A stretch of 64,000 nucleotides of DNA from Takakia lepidozioides (Eukaryota > Plantae > Bryophyta). The position numbers were made by a program, and so were the translations under genes. Of the stretch, positions 46,979-59,589 are shown piece after piece (position 1 is the stretch's first letter; each line of letters opens with the position of its first letter). The stretch covers positions 14,570,001 through 14,634,000 of the forward strand of contig CM060732.1 in NCBI GenBank assembly GCA_030704615.1, in the 5' to 3' direction. The notes under the pieces are model-generated. The model saw only the letters and a program-made list of their open reading frames with translations. It did no database searches and was not told the DNA's origin.

Positions 46979-49520
46979 CAGGCACAGCTCATCAACCATT
47001 TCAAGCTCAGGAGAAGGTTCCGAACTCCACATTTAAGTGTGCGCATTGCAAAGAACCACCACACTGCATGTCTGTTTGTAATGCCAAGCAGTTCTATGTG
47101 TTGCACCGTTTCCCTGACCTCACCCGAGCTTGCATACACGTTGGTTCCCATTGTCACAAATTGGCGAGGGGGAACTCGCGGAAGGCTGCCCATGAGGCAG
47201 AGTAGCTCGTTCAGGAGGAGGTTAAGTTGAGACCGGGTGCCAAACCCAAACAGATACAGCTCCAAGCCGCCCATAAGATGGCATTGGCCAGAATTATGTC
47301 GGAAGACGGCTCCGACAGAGTTCCTCTCGATGAGAAGGAAATGGAGGCATTGCTGGAGTCGGTGTCCCACGTATGTTCACCGAATGTCCGAAACCACATT
47401 GTCTCATGCAAACAAAAAATTGGGCGTGGCTCGGATATGCACTCCATTCTGGAGGTGAAGCGACGATGTGGATATGACTACATTCATGGAAGTAGGTTTC
47501 CAGGACAAGGGACTGAGGTAGATCGTTGTTTCGTATTCAAAATGTCCACGTGTGGACCTGGCAGCGGCATCGAACTGGTCGACAGGATGACGAGTGGGAA
47601 CTTGTCAAACAGATGGGTCATGTTCGACCATATCAAGCGAATTACAAATCACCAGTGGGTGACAATGGGTGCACATGTCTACGACACCCACTGCAGGATG
47701 CTAATGACAATTTATATTTGTGAGATGAAAGGAGAGGACACACAATCGGAGATGCTTCTTTGGCAGGGAATAAACGAACAAATGGCCAAGGCGGGATTGC
47801 CCCCTCCCAATTTCCGTGGTTTCATGGCGGACAACGCACAAGTAAATTGGGCTGCCATCCGAAGGGTGTACGGGCAAGACCCCAATGTTCCCATGGAAGG
47901 CAAGGAGAGATCTTGTGGGTTCCATTTTCTGCAGAGCCTTTCGTAGTACACAACCAGGCTCGTGGCGCCAGATTTCAGAGAGGAGCACCGTTCCATGTGT
48001 CTTGCGTGGAAGCGCGCTCCCACCTTGGATGATGCAGAGACACAGTTTGCATGTATACGGGCTCGGTGGACATCGTCAGGTGCTGTAAGGAAATCAGACG
48101 AGGGAGCAATGGTCAGTTGGCTAGCATGGTAGCATTATCGTTTCCTCCAGTTTGGCGACTATATGCGGGAGGTGAGTTGCACGAATTTGCGTCCCGTTGA
48201 ATATTATTCTTGGCATTATTTGTAACTTGCTTGTAACCTCAACATGTGCTTGTGCAGGAAATGTGTCTCGACTCCGACACCGACATGCCCACGACAAACA
48301 TGGCCGAATCAGTACATTCTTCCTGGCGTGCCTCCTCTGCGGCGCATCTGGTGGACATCCTCACTGCCACAACGGAGGACATTGTGAGATCAATTATGCA
48401 GCAATGCAGGTACAACGAGTTCTTGAAAGGGAAACAGTGGGGCTTGGGGCTGGACAGGCAGGAAATGCTGATGCGGACTGCCTCCAAATCGAAGAATCCT
48501 CGGAAGTGGGCGGCAGCCTTGCGAGAGGGCCTTCGGGACATGCCATTGCTTCGAAGAGGCCAACATTTGGAAGGAGATGTTCATACCCGTCCAGTGAGAC
48601 GAAGACTTGACGAGGCACCTGGCGGGGAAGAGGATTCATGGCGAGCTGACAAGAATATTCGCACGCTCCCTCGTGGTCCCGTGATGTTGCCCGAGGAGGT
48701 CTCATTGAGCACCGCAAGTCCTGCACGTTCAAGATCGCCATCTCCTTTGAGCACAGGGCACGTGCCCAAGAAACGTAACGAGCCATCTGTAGTAACGCAG
48801 TACAACATACCCATTGTGGAGACAAGAGTGTCGGAGTCACAGTGGAGAATTGCAAGGACATTGCCGGCATTTCAAGGGAAGTGCTGCGCCATTCGGGTGG
48901 ATACGAGAGCACGCTATGGTGAGATGATTCGGAGGAACCCACACGGTGCTGTACCTGCACCTTGTTTCAGCGGCAAATTTTTGACTCCCACATTTGCTCA
49001 CGCCACAACGCAGACGTTTTGGTTCTGTAGGCACGACATAATGACCTGTGTATTTGGCAAGCCCAAATACGGGATTCAGGGAATGCCAGAGCCTCCGAGC
49101 GTCTGGCCTGTTGCACCGGGTTGCATCCTCTCTCAGAATGAGGCGGATGCTCTATCTGCAACAGGATTTCGTATGGTGCAACGCACAAACGTCCCGGCCC
49201 ACGCATTTCCAGTTCCTCAGACCCAGCCATTGCAGATTGCTCGGTCCAGTAGAGATGGATTGGACAATTCTGCACATCCCACAATGCGATTCGGAAGAGT
49301 GAAGAGACGACACCCTCCCAACAAGTTGAATGAGACTCGGATTGCCAATGCTCTTGGGATGGCTTGCACTATTCAGAGCTCCGTGGACGTAACTCCACCC
49401 GGCCTTGGGCGTGTTTATCGGATGGCAACGGCCGGCTCGGCTGTACGCGACGATGTATACACAATTACGATTGGAGTGGAGCCAACTTGCAATTGTACGG
49501 ACTTCTCCTTGATGGAAGCA
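46979..49520 (+). pseudogene. Element B transposase, C-terminal part
   Basis: Resumes (W)TGTAHQPF..FKCAHCKEPP directly after the TSD. TAG stops at 47203, 47944 and 48130. Truncated inside the SWIM finger (CNCTDFSLMEA). Confidence 0.9.
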
Positions 49521-50207
49521 ACCCTGAGTCTTAAAGAAACTCCCTTCTTGGAACAAATTGCCTATCTGCAATCTTGCCCTGTGCTCATCGACATTTACAC
49601 GGCCTGATGGCAATTCAAACAATTGCTGCAAGTATTGGGGAGTAATCTCTATATCTACTCCCCTCACTTGTGTAACTCCCGTCTGAGGTTCAAAGTTCTG
49701 AATGAATTGTATCATGAACGCCCTATGATGCAAGGACCATTCCTTGCGTAGCAGTCCCTCCAATCGCAACTCCTTCCATAGCTGCACTGCCTGAGGTGTA
49801 GCAATTGTCTGCCTCTGCAAAATCGTGGTGCTCTTCACCCTGACATCCTCCATTCCCCGAATTCTCTTCATTCCAGACAAACAAGATGACCTTGTTTGAA
49901 ATAGCTCTAAGAAAGCTTGCAAGGCGTAGAGCATAAAAGTATGGTTGGCACAGAATGGAACGGGTAAGTGCGTGTAAGCCTGTGGGGCTTGCAAGTATCG
50001 AGTGAGAGAGAATGTACTCTCAACCCATCCGTCTTTGCGCCACTGCGTAAGAAGTAAAGCGAGCGTATAATCTGTAATATCCGCCATAGCTACAACGCTA
50101 TAGCTTTGATTGCCCCTCCCGTCGAGACGCTGGTTATTCGGAGTCACCCCGACTCTTCCGCTCATAACACTTCTAATTTCTTGTTCTTGTTTCTTGGAGG
50201 GAACCAC
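49521..50207 (-). mobile_element. Retrotransposon accessory ORF remnant (putative plant transposon protein-like)
   Basis: QFIQNF..TQVRGVDIEITPQYLQQLFELP resembles the F..N..V.VRG..I..T...I..L..LP pattern of gypsy-associated ORFs. It truncates the element B transposase. Confidence 0.5.
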
Positions 50208-50368
50208 CTACATGAAATTCTCGTTCCTGTTTGGCTGTTGCCTCCTTGGGTAACTTCTTAATTTTACCCCCCTCAGTGGACATTCCCACTTGGAATGTCC
50301 ACTAGGACAGCACATGTGGCAAAAGTCCCCCTTTTCTGCACTCGTGAAGGGTTCCGTTACTTTTTCCA

Positions 50369-51618
50369 CATACTGGCCTGTATAGAGTATTCCACGGTTT
50401 TAGATGCCCTAACATTGGAATGAAGCTGACCCTTCTATCGCGATTTTATGATCCCCATGCAACAAAACAGTCTGCAGTGCTTGAAAATTCTTGTTTCTTC
50501 CTGCATTCTGCGGGAAATGTTTGCAACTCAACTGGGAAATGCGGTGCTGCATTACGGTTTGCACGTGCGAGATTTTTGAGGGGTTCAGTGTCATCGACAA
50601 TCGGCGCCTTGAAGGGCAGTATGATGCTCCCTTCTTCGCCATGATCTGGAAGTCGGTGCAATTGCATGTGAGTAACTCTGAAATGGTGACGGTGTACACC
50701 TCATTGCGGACAGCTGAGCCTGCCGTGGCCATCTAATACACACGCCCAAAGCCTGGTGGGGGCACTTCTGTTGAGCTCTGGATTGTACAGTTCATCCGAA
50801 GTGCATCCCCCATCCTTGTCTCGTTCACTTTTGAGGGAGGTTGCCGTCTCTTCGGTTTCCCCCAACGGTGTGTAGGATGCTTAGAGTTGTCACGTCCAAT
50901 TGTTCTTGCTCTCATAGGGGTCGGTGGTGGAGGCTGTGGAACCGGAAATGGTTGTCTGGGGACGTCAGTGCGCTGCACCATCCGAAATCCTGCTACAGTA
51001 AGGGCATCGGCCTCAACCTGACTTGATCGCATCATGGTTCCACCGGCCACACTGGGGGAGCCTATGACATTGTTTGTATGCCGTACTTGGGCTTTCCATA
51101 GACACAAGTCATAATGTCATGCCTGCAGAACCAGAACTGGGTCGTTGTCGCCTCCGAAAACTTTGCATGGACAAATCTTCCTGTGAAATTAGGAGCAGGG
51201 ACAGCGCCATCTGGATTCCTCCTTATCATCTCTAAACAACGCTGTCGTGTATCCATTCGAATTGCGGAACACCTGCCTCGAGACGCCGGCCTTGTGCGAG
51301 CAATTCTCCACTATGACGCAGACACAGTCATCTCCACAATGGGTTGGCCATACTGCATAACAACGGGTGGAATCTGGGGCAGACGAACGGTGGGAATTTC
51401 TCGCACGGAATCCCCGCTTGAAGGCGATGACGATCTTGAAACTCTCGGGCTTCCACTACTGGAAGACACATTGTGCGGCAACATGACGGGACCTTGAGGT
51501 GCTGTCCGAATGTTCCTGTCGGATCTCCAGGAATCCTCTTCGCACCCGGGTTCTTCTTCAATCCTCCGCCTCACAGGGCGAGTACGGACGTCCCCCTCTA
51601 GGTGTTCACCTCTGCGGT
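50369..51618 (-). pseudogene. Inverted, internally deleted fragment of a C-type transposase 3' exon and downstream region
   Basis: Reverse complement of ~44985-45990 plus ~46430-46655 (RRRIEEEPGCEEDSWRSDRNIRTAP; MATAGSAVRNEVYT..CNCTDFQIMA). Confidence 0.9.
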
Positions 51619-52319
51619 CTAGTGGCTGGACTAGTGGCTGGACTAGTGGTGGACTGGTGGTTGGACTAGTGGTCTACTAGTGTGTGGTGTGCACATGTGT
51701 TGTGTGGTTTTGGACAGTGATGTAGTTGTATAGCGATATGTATGCGCACGACAGCTGTCAAGTTGTTTCACCACTAGTGTGAAACTAGCTAAGAAATAGC
51801 TAGTTTTTACATATTGACATTTGGGGATTGGCCCAAGTGTCAATCTAAGGGTCAAGGCAGATTTAGGCCCTGGAGTGGTTATCTTCACGGCAAGCGGTGG
51901 GCTCATCTTTCTCGAGTTGAGCCTCACCGCGGCTAACTATGGTACTGTAGTATGGATTCCCATAGCATGGGGTGTACTTGGCTTGACTTTATATGAGTGA
52001 TGATTTCATGTGCAAAGTTTGTGAGCTCGAGAGAGCTTGTATTCTTCTTGTTTATCATTGTGGTGGACTAGTGACTGCCATAGTGGGCAGCATAGTGGCA
52101 GCCGAGTGGTTGGACTAGTGATATACTAGTGTGTGGTATGCACATGTGTTGTGTGGTTTTGGACAACGATGTAGTTGTGTAGCGATATGTATGCGCACGA
52201 CAATTGTTTTCCATGTATAGAAGAGCCGTGTGTAGAAGAGCCTGTAGGCGATCGTGGCAGTCGTTTCATGCGTGGGGGATGCAAGTAGTGGGACCAAAAC
52301 ATGTTTTTTTTCCTTTTAC

Positions 52320-54278
52320 TCAGTATCTTGCGTGCGCTTCCTTACATGAATCCTCCAACACTTGATACTCAATGTTCCCTTCATCTCTCCCAACATTTGT
52401 CCCTCCGTGTACAACACCAATGCTTGGTGATTTGGTAACCTTCTGCCCTAACTCTTCATCTGTGTCTTGTTCTAAGTATATCTTTGCGGGTGACTTAGGG
52501 AATTCAACATGAGATTGTGACTGAATAACCTTCAGTGCCACCTGCTGGTTCCGGTCTTGTACAACTTGCATCTTCCACGATTGCGTCTTCCACATCACAA
52601 AATACATCCACAATTTTTGTGGCAAAGGTGCTGAAACCTCCAAACTCTATCCTTCCGCTCCGCCCTGATCTCCTTTGTCCCAACACCTTACAACAGGAAG
52701 CCCGCATTCCACATGTTTCCACTTCAAGACCCAGCCGATGGTTGTTTCCACTTCGGATCTGAGTATGACTCGGTGTACACGTGGTGCGCTGCTCCTCTTG
52801 TTGTTTGGTACCATTCAATTTGAGATTTCCAGGATACATAACATAGATTCCACTCGTTGGTGGCTTCACCTTGACACTTCTTGGTGGTGCATTTTCGTGA
52901 TTAGCTTCTGACTTACAATGCATTGGACCCGCAGCTGCGAATTTCTCATGGTCAATCTGACAATTCCCTTTCAACACGTGTGGTTGCCCTCTCGACTTCA
53001 ACTAACCTTCTGTCCAATGGGCTGATGCAACTGTCATCACCAAAATTGACTTTCACCAAAGGCGCTAATGTGATCTCCAAACCATTCTCTATCTCTTCAC
53101 ATGTTTCTACTGCGTCCTCTATGTTGGTGAATCGCCTTCCCAACATCATCTTCCATAATTCTGGTCGAAGACCCTCTACAAATCTCCTTGTCTCTTCCGA
53201 GTCAGACAGGTCTCTTCTTCTGAACATCTGGTTTACCCAAGTAATTCTGAACCCGCTGGTGCTGGCCTTGTTCTATAAACTCCATCTTGGTCTGCATACA
53301 ACCAATTTCAAAAGAAACAAAGCCACAAGGAAGGCCTTGCTCTGATACCAAAAGAAAGGGGATAAAACCCCTTTTAGTTAACCTCTAAACTATTCATTGC
53401 CCAGGAGACTCGGGGCTGCCCTATGACTCACACCATAGTTAATTACTTCTATACTGTTCATGACCAGAGATTGATACCCTTATCCACGCCGCAGCGGAAG
53501 AGAAGACATGGACAAGGTTATAGCACATAAGCATATATACTTATACAGCCTATGTGTGTTGAAGATCAGGTAATTATGCATACGCCAACCCGGTGCTTCC
53601 TGTACTCACTTCTTAACACAATACAGGGTTAGTGATGCACAAGAGGTATCTCATCTTTCAGCAGTCAGGGCAACCATTCATTTGCCTAATTTACAAGGAT
53701 ATCTACTCTAATCAGCTGTCCATAGTCTTTCTCAAGATTGCTTTTGTACTGGCAGAACATTGCAGATCAACTCTTGGTTTTTCATCATGGTCACCTTGAT
53801 GTGACTTTCCTCTAGCTGCACTTTTATAATCATTCTACTTTGTTGTATGATAATTTAGCTATGTGCTTCACTGCTTTGCTCTACTTTTGCAAATACTGTA
53901 CTATGCTGCACCTTTTTGTAACTCTTTAAACTGTTTATATTTGTAGAGAGAACCTTTATGTCCGCAGGGACCATCTACTATTTAATAGAAATGTCACCTA
54001 AGGGACCCATCCAAGAGAACCCATTGCCTTTTGAGGCTTGTTTTTAAAACCTTTGGTACTGATTTGACATAGCACAATAATGGAAAGGTGGTGGAATCCA
54101 TGCAAAAGCGTGGATCGATCCACAAACCCACAAAACTTAGACAGCAAAGAATAAAGGCAAAGAGAGGACCCTTGGATTTATGAAATGAGAGGCTTCAAAA
54201 CAACTAATTCACAAGGACACAGGGTGAACGGACGAATGAATGCAGATCAGATGATTTTTGTCCTGTACCAGCTCTACA
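52320..54278 (-). mobile_element. Ty3/gypsy-like LTR retrotransposon 5' remnant: putative LTR (~53353-54278), tRNA-iMet PBS (53339-53350), gag fragment
   Basis: Minus-strand TGGTATCAGAGC; gag-like RRFVEGLRPEL..FTNIEDAVETCEEIE (52952-53227). LTR limits are uncertain. Confidence 0.65.
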
Positions 54279-54654
54279 TACACCGGTGTATCCAAGCAGG
54301 ATGAATAAAGTACGAGGGGGATGAATAGAGAATGAACAGAAATCGGATGAGACAGACCTTAGTGCAGCCCATGTGGCAGGCTAGTGTCTGGCACTTCTCT
54401 TGATCCGTCTGCGCGCTTGCTTGTTGTTTTTGTTTGCGAAGTCGTTGACGTCGCTCTGCCTTTGGAAGAGGGTGGCAGTGTGTGGAATGTTCTAGTTGCA
54501 GAAGCCCGGTTGAACGTTGAGTAGGCTGGAAACTTTACCTCATCATTTCATTTTTTTCTTGGGTGACTTCCTGATGAAGGGGAATTTCTAGCTCCTGTGA
54601 TGTTCTTCATTGTTATCGTGTTGCTGTGTGTGTGATGTGGACTAAGTTTCCCCC

Positions 54655-57600
54655 ATGAAGACACCGAAGAGGGAAAATTGGGCCGCAGTTCGGCTCTACT
54701 TGTCAGTGTCCAAAGCAGTCGGCAGAAATAGATCTTCTTCCCGGATTTTTCCTTGGCTTGTTTCGTCATATGAGTTATGGTATTCAGAAGTCGGAGCAGA
54801 GGAATCAGTTTACGTTCCATGTGCAGATGCCCTCTCCGAACCTCGCATTCTCTCACAAGACAGATTGGACGGCGATAGGTTATTTTGGAAGCTAATCCCC
54901 TTCTCTGTCTCGGCATTGACATCTGCTGCGTCTCTTCACACAGTCACCGCCCCCTGTTCGTCACCTTCAGTGTCCTCCCGCAGTTTAGTTGGCTGCAGAT
55001 TGAATGTCGGTCCCGGCGCTGCATGGCATCAGCCTCGCTCTCCATTTTCGTTTCCTGATTGTCGCTCGTCGGTGGGGTTACATTCTTCTACCTGTGCTCA
55101 AAATGAACGAGATCACGTGGACGAGGAAAAAGAGAGGGCGTTGAGGGAAGACCCAACTTTAAATTTTTCTCCAGGTGAGGGGGCAGCCTCTGGTCGAGAT
55201 GATCACACCCCCGCAGCGCACTTCAGAAGCGTTGGCGCAGTGTACAATCATCAAACTGGCAGGGCTGCAGCTGCAGAAAGAGAGGGGGAGCAAGGCAGCG
55301 AGACAGGCTGGACTAGGGAGGAAGTACTCAATTGGCCTAATGCAATATCCATGGCTCGCCTTCTTTCAGGCCCTTTGCTGGCCTGGTATGTGTACACACT
55401 CACTCATTCTCTGTTGGTTTTTGTTGTATATTACTGTCTAGATGCCCTCTGGCCTAATATCTCTCTCTCTTTCTCTCTCGACTTATGAATGCTTTGAAGC
55501 GTTGTTACGTTTAGTGGGTTAGCTTTCTCGATAGATAGTGGTTATGCACCATGACCAGGCTTTATGTGGTTCAGAACTTGGGGCTTATGGATATACCTGG
55601 TGCAGGCAGGGCATTGTCCTGCCGCCGTGTATTGTAGGTCGCCCACCTTCTAGTTAGGAGGCAGTGGCTGCTCCCATTGTTGTTTCCTTTCTTCTTCTGG
55701 TTAAGGTCTACATACCATTGCAAGGGGTGTTAAGCTGGGGTGTTCTGGTTTGCAGGATGATTCTACAGGGTCTACCCAGAGCTGCACTCCTTGGACTTGC
55801 TCTTGCTGGTGCAAGTGATTGGGTGAGCAGTAAGTGGTTTCAGTTTCTGCAGTAATGACTTGGCATCTCCTTCCTATTCCATTGTAGGTCCTTGCTTCAG
55901 GCAGAGAGTGCACTTGGAGTATTTGGCACTAAAACTTACAGGCAAACTTACAGACTGTAAATATATCTGGACTTACACAAACTTACAGACTGGATTGTTA
56001 CATCTTGCAGGCTACACTATTTTGGATGACCTGTATAGCTAAACTTTCTGATTGTTGCAGTCACAGTTCACTTTTCATAGGTAAACAATTGAGACGCTGA
56101 GTGTGATTCACGTAGTCAACTGCACATTTGGCAATATTCATATGATGTTTGGTGGAACTCACACTGCCCAAAAGCACTGTTCCAGTCCAGAGTGAAAACT
56201 GGTACAATGCATTTGTGCCTCTCTGGTGAAAAGAGTGAAAAGAGACGAGAAAATTTACAATGTCCATGGGGTCCTGAGGCCCATGGGACAAACTAGGATT
56301 AAAAGAAGCTCAAAAGGGCACAGAGAGAGAGATATAAACCTGTCGGTGAAGTGACGGAAGGTCATATCCGTGCTCGTTTAAGGCTTACACCTTGACATGC
56401 TCATATCTTCCCTCCAAACAAAACTTAGAGAGATAATGTATTCGTGCCGTTCCCTGCAAACATTGGCTTGCCATAGCCTTACAGCCATTGACCACGTGGA
56501 AAACCAACCCTCCTGGAGCCTTTTGTGGGGTTCGCACCCAGCAGGTATTAGCTTACCCCCACACCTCTGCTGCAGAACTTGTTTTCCTGCAACTGTCATT
56601 AAGGCACTTGCAGAGGCACTTGTCCGACAAACTCGACCGCCCAGTGGCAGGGTTATTGATGTTAAAATTATAGCCCTGCGTTTACACGGAAATGAGAGAG
56701 AGAGAGAGAGAATGTACTCATAAGATGTTTGCCATAGCCTTGTGGCCATAGACCCCACATGGGCGGAACAAATGGGAACAGGCATTACCATTACCATTGT
56801 GAGGGGCTCACTCTTGTAGTGGGACATAGCTTGGTATAAACAATTAGCTCGGGCTTTCCAGCTATCCTCTAGAAAGTCTTCACACAATCATCAACCTGCT
56901 GTGTGTGAGCTGCCCAGAAATTAGACCCCAACAGGGTCAGGGCTTTAGGCGCAGCGAGAATTTGAAAGTTGGTAAACAGAAGCGCAGGAACTATGTTCTT
57001 GATGTTCCTGAAGAGGGTCACTCTCTGGTGAGAATACCTTGGACAATGTATCAGAAAATGGATATTGTCTTCGGGCTGCCCACACATTGGGCAATTACAA
57101 TCTCCTTTTCCTCTCTGCATCTGTTTATTGGTAGGCGGCCCTACGTGTAGGTAGGTCCTTCAGATCATCCATAATGTCCTCGCCCATGTCACAGACTGGA
57201 AAACAAGTACAGGGAAGTTTTATGCCTAACTTCATTTTCAGTGGACAGTCTTCATGCATCCGAGATGGCGTTAGATGCCACAACCTCCAGGTCAGCTTCA
57301 TCTATCAGGGCAATTCTTCTGGGCTAATACTCAGATACTTGAAAATCTCTTCTACTCTTCTCCGCCAGGACTGAGAGATGATGTACTCATAAGACTGTGT
57401 TTGCCGTAGCCTTGTGGGACTGAGAGAAAGAGAATGTACTCATGTGACGTTGTTTGCCATAGCCTTATGGCCTGACCCTGCGCCCAGTTTGAGCGGAACA
57501 CAAAGGGCCAGAAACTACCTTTGTCAGGGGCTGATGCCGGTAGTATGACTTACCTTGAAATAGACAATTGATCCGAGTTTTCCAGCTATCCTCTAGAAAT

Positions 57601-59553
57601 CCCTTCACACAAACATCAATCTGCTGTGTGTGATTTGCCCAATTACTCCCAAAAGGGCCTGGGCTTTCGGCTCAGCCTTGAGAAAAATTCCCTTGATGGA
57701 ATTGAAGAGGCTGTCTCTCTGGTGAGAGTACCCAGGACAAAGAATCAGAAAGTGGATATTGTCTTCAGGTTGCCCACACAACGTGCATTTGCCTGAGAGA
57801 GAAATTGTACTAATAAGACGTTGTTTGCCATAGCCTTGTGGCCATTAACCCTGTGCCCAGTTTGAGTGGAGCACAAAAGGACCGAAACTACCTGTCCTTT
57901 TTACCTGAGAGAGAGAGAGAGATTGTACTCATAAGACGTTGTTTGCCGTAGCCTTGTGGCCATTGACCCCGCGCCCAGTTTGAGCGGGAACAAAAGGGAC
58001 AGAACCTACCTCTGTCAGGGGCTGACGTTGGTAGTAAGACTTACCTCCATATAAAGAATTAATCCGGGTTTTCCAGATATCCTCTAGAAATCCCTTCACA
58101 CAAGCATCAATCTGCTGTGTGTGATTTGCCCAAAAACTAGGCCTCAGGAGGGCCTGGGCTTTTGGCTCAGCCTCGAGACTTTCAAAGTTGGTAAACAGGG
58201 GTACAGGCACAATTCCCTTAATAGATTTGAAGAGAGCGTCTCTTTGGTGAGAGAACCCCGGACAGTGTATCAGAAAATGAATACTGTCTTCAGATTGCCC
58301 ACACAACGGGCAATTGCACTCTCCCTTTCCTCTCTGCTTCTGTTTGCTGTTTAAAGGTAGGCTTCCTGCCCTGAGTTTAAATTTCAGTCTAGTGCTGAGA
58401 GTGGGTAGACCCTTGAGGTCATCCAAGATGTCCTCCCCCATGTCACAGACTGGAAACAAGTTCAGGGAAGTTTTCTGCCTAACTTCATTTTCATCAGACA
58501 ATCTCATGGCAACAGACATGGCTGAGGACACTACAGCCTCTAAGTCAGATTTATCCAGCAGGGTCAAGATTTGCGGATCCAGGTCCAGGTCCTTGAGGAT
58601 CTCTTCTACTCTCTTCTGCCAGGACTTAGCCTGTTTGACAGGGCGGTCCTGTTTCCAAGATATAGAGTCGATTAATTTAGGATATCTGGTGTTGGGCATA
58701 TGTTGCAGCTGACCCCACCATCTGACCTTGAATTCATCTCGTCGGGAGCTTAAGGACGGAATGCCAAACTCACCCCGAACAGCCACATTGGCTGTTTTGG
58801 AGCATGCTGACATACACTCCTTAAGCACCCCCACTTGAATGGATTCTAGAGACTTAGCCTGGTTGGAGTTATCAACCCATATAGCAGATCCGTACTCCAA
58901 GGCAGGTCTAATAACGCGACAAAGCATGGTTTTCTTAACCTCAGAGTTGACCCCTCTGCAGTGGAAAAATTTAGTGAGCCCCAGAGCTTTGCCCTTGCCA
59001 GTTTGAACAACTTTCCGGATATGTGCATCCCAATTACAATTGGAGGAGAACTCAACGCCCAGGTAAGTGTAGGAAGGGAGGACCGGGATCTCTTGGCTAC
59101 CCCACTGCCACTTAAGATCACTTCCTCCCTCTCCTCTGTCGTTGAATGCTACCACTGCACATTTGCTGACATTAGCCTCTAGCCCCCAAAGATCAAAGTA
59201 TCTCTTCGCGCAATCAATCAACTCCTGGAGATTGGTTGGAGTCTCCCCTATGCCTGCGAAGTCATCCGCAAACATAAGGGCTGGTATGGTGGTATCACCC
59301 ACCCTTAACCCAAATCCCTCACTTTCCACATCCTCGAGGAGTTGATTGATGAAAACATTGAAGAGCAGAGGGGAGAGAGTACATCCTTGAGCTACACCTT
59401 GGTCTATGTCAAAGAAGTTGGACTTCTGTCCGTTAACAGTGACACAGCTTTTGGTGTGAGCATACAAGTTGTGGACAACTCTCCACATCTTTCCCTTGAT
59501 CCCACAAGACCAGAGGCGGAACCATAGGCCATCCCTCCACACTGTGTCATAAG

Positions 59554-59589
<36 letters not shown>

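Larger units (their letters stand above)
22528..49520. mobile_element. Element B: Mutator-like DNA transposon with ParB/MTase cargo, interrupted by element C; right end not found
   Basis: Left TIR GGGGGCTGCTATTTCATGAGC at 22528 is identical to C's. Cargo gene 22840-29069 (-), palindrome array 29290-30820, transposase split 31109-32003 / 46979-49520. Confidence 0.85.

Noticed and set aside
51620-52205. Short ctagtgg repeats and a ~75-bp duplication (51680-51755 / 52128-52203)
   Set aside because: Probably a TE remnant, but no termini or coding motifs allow an assignment.
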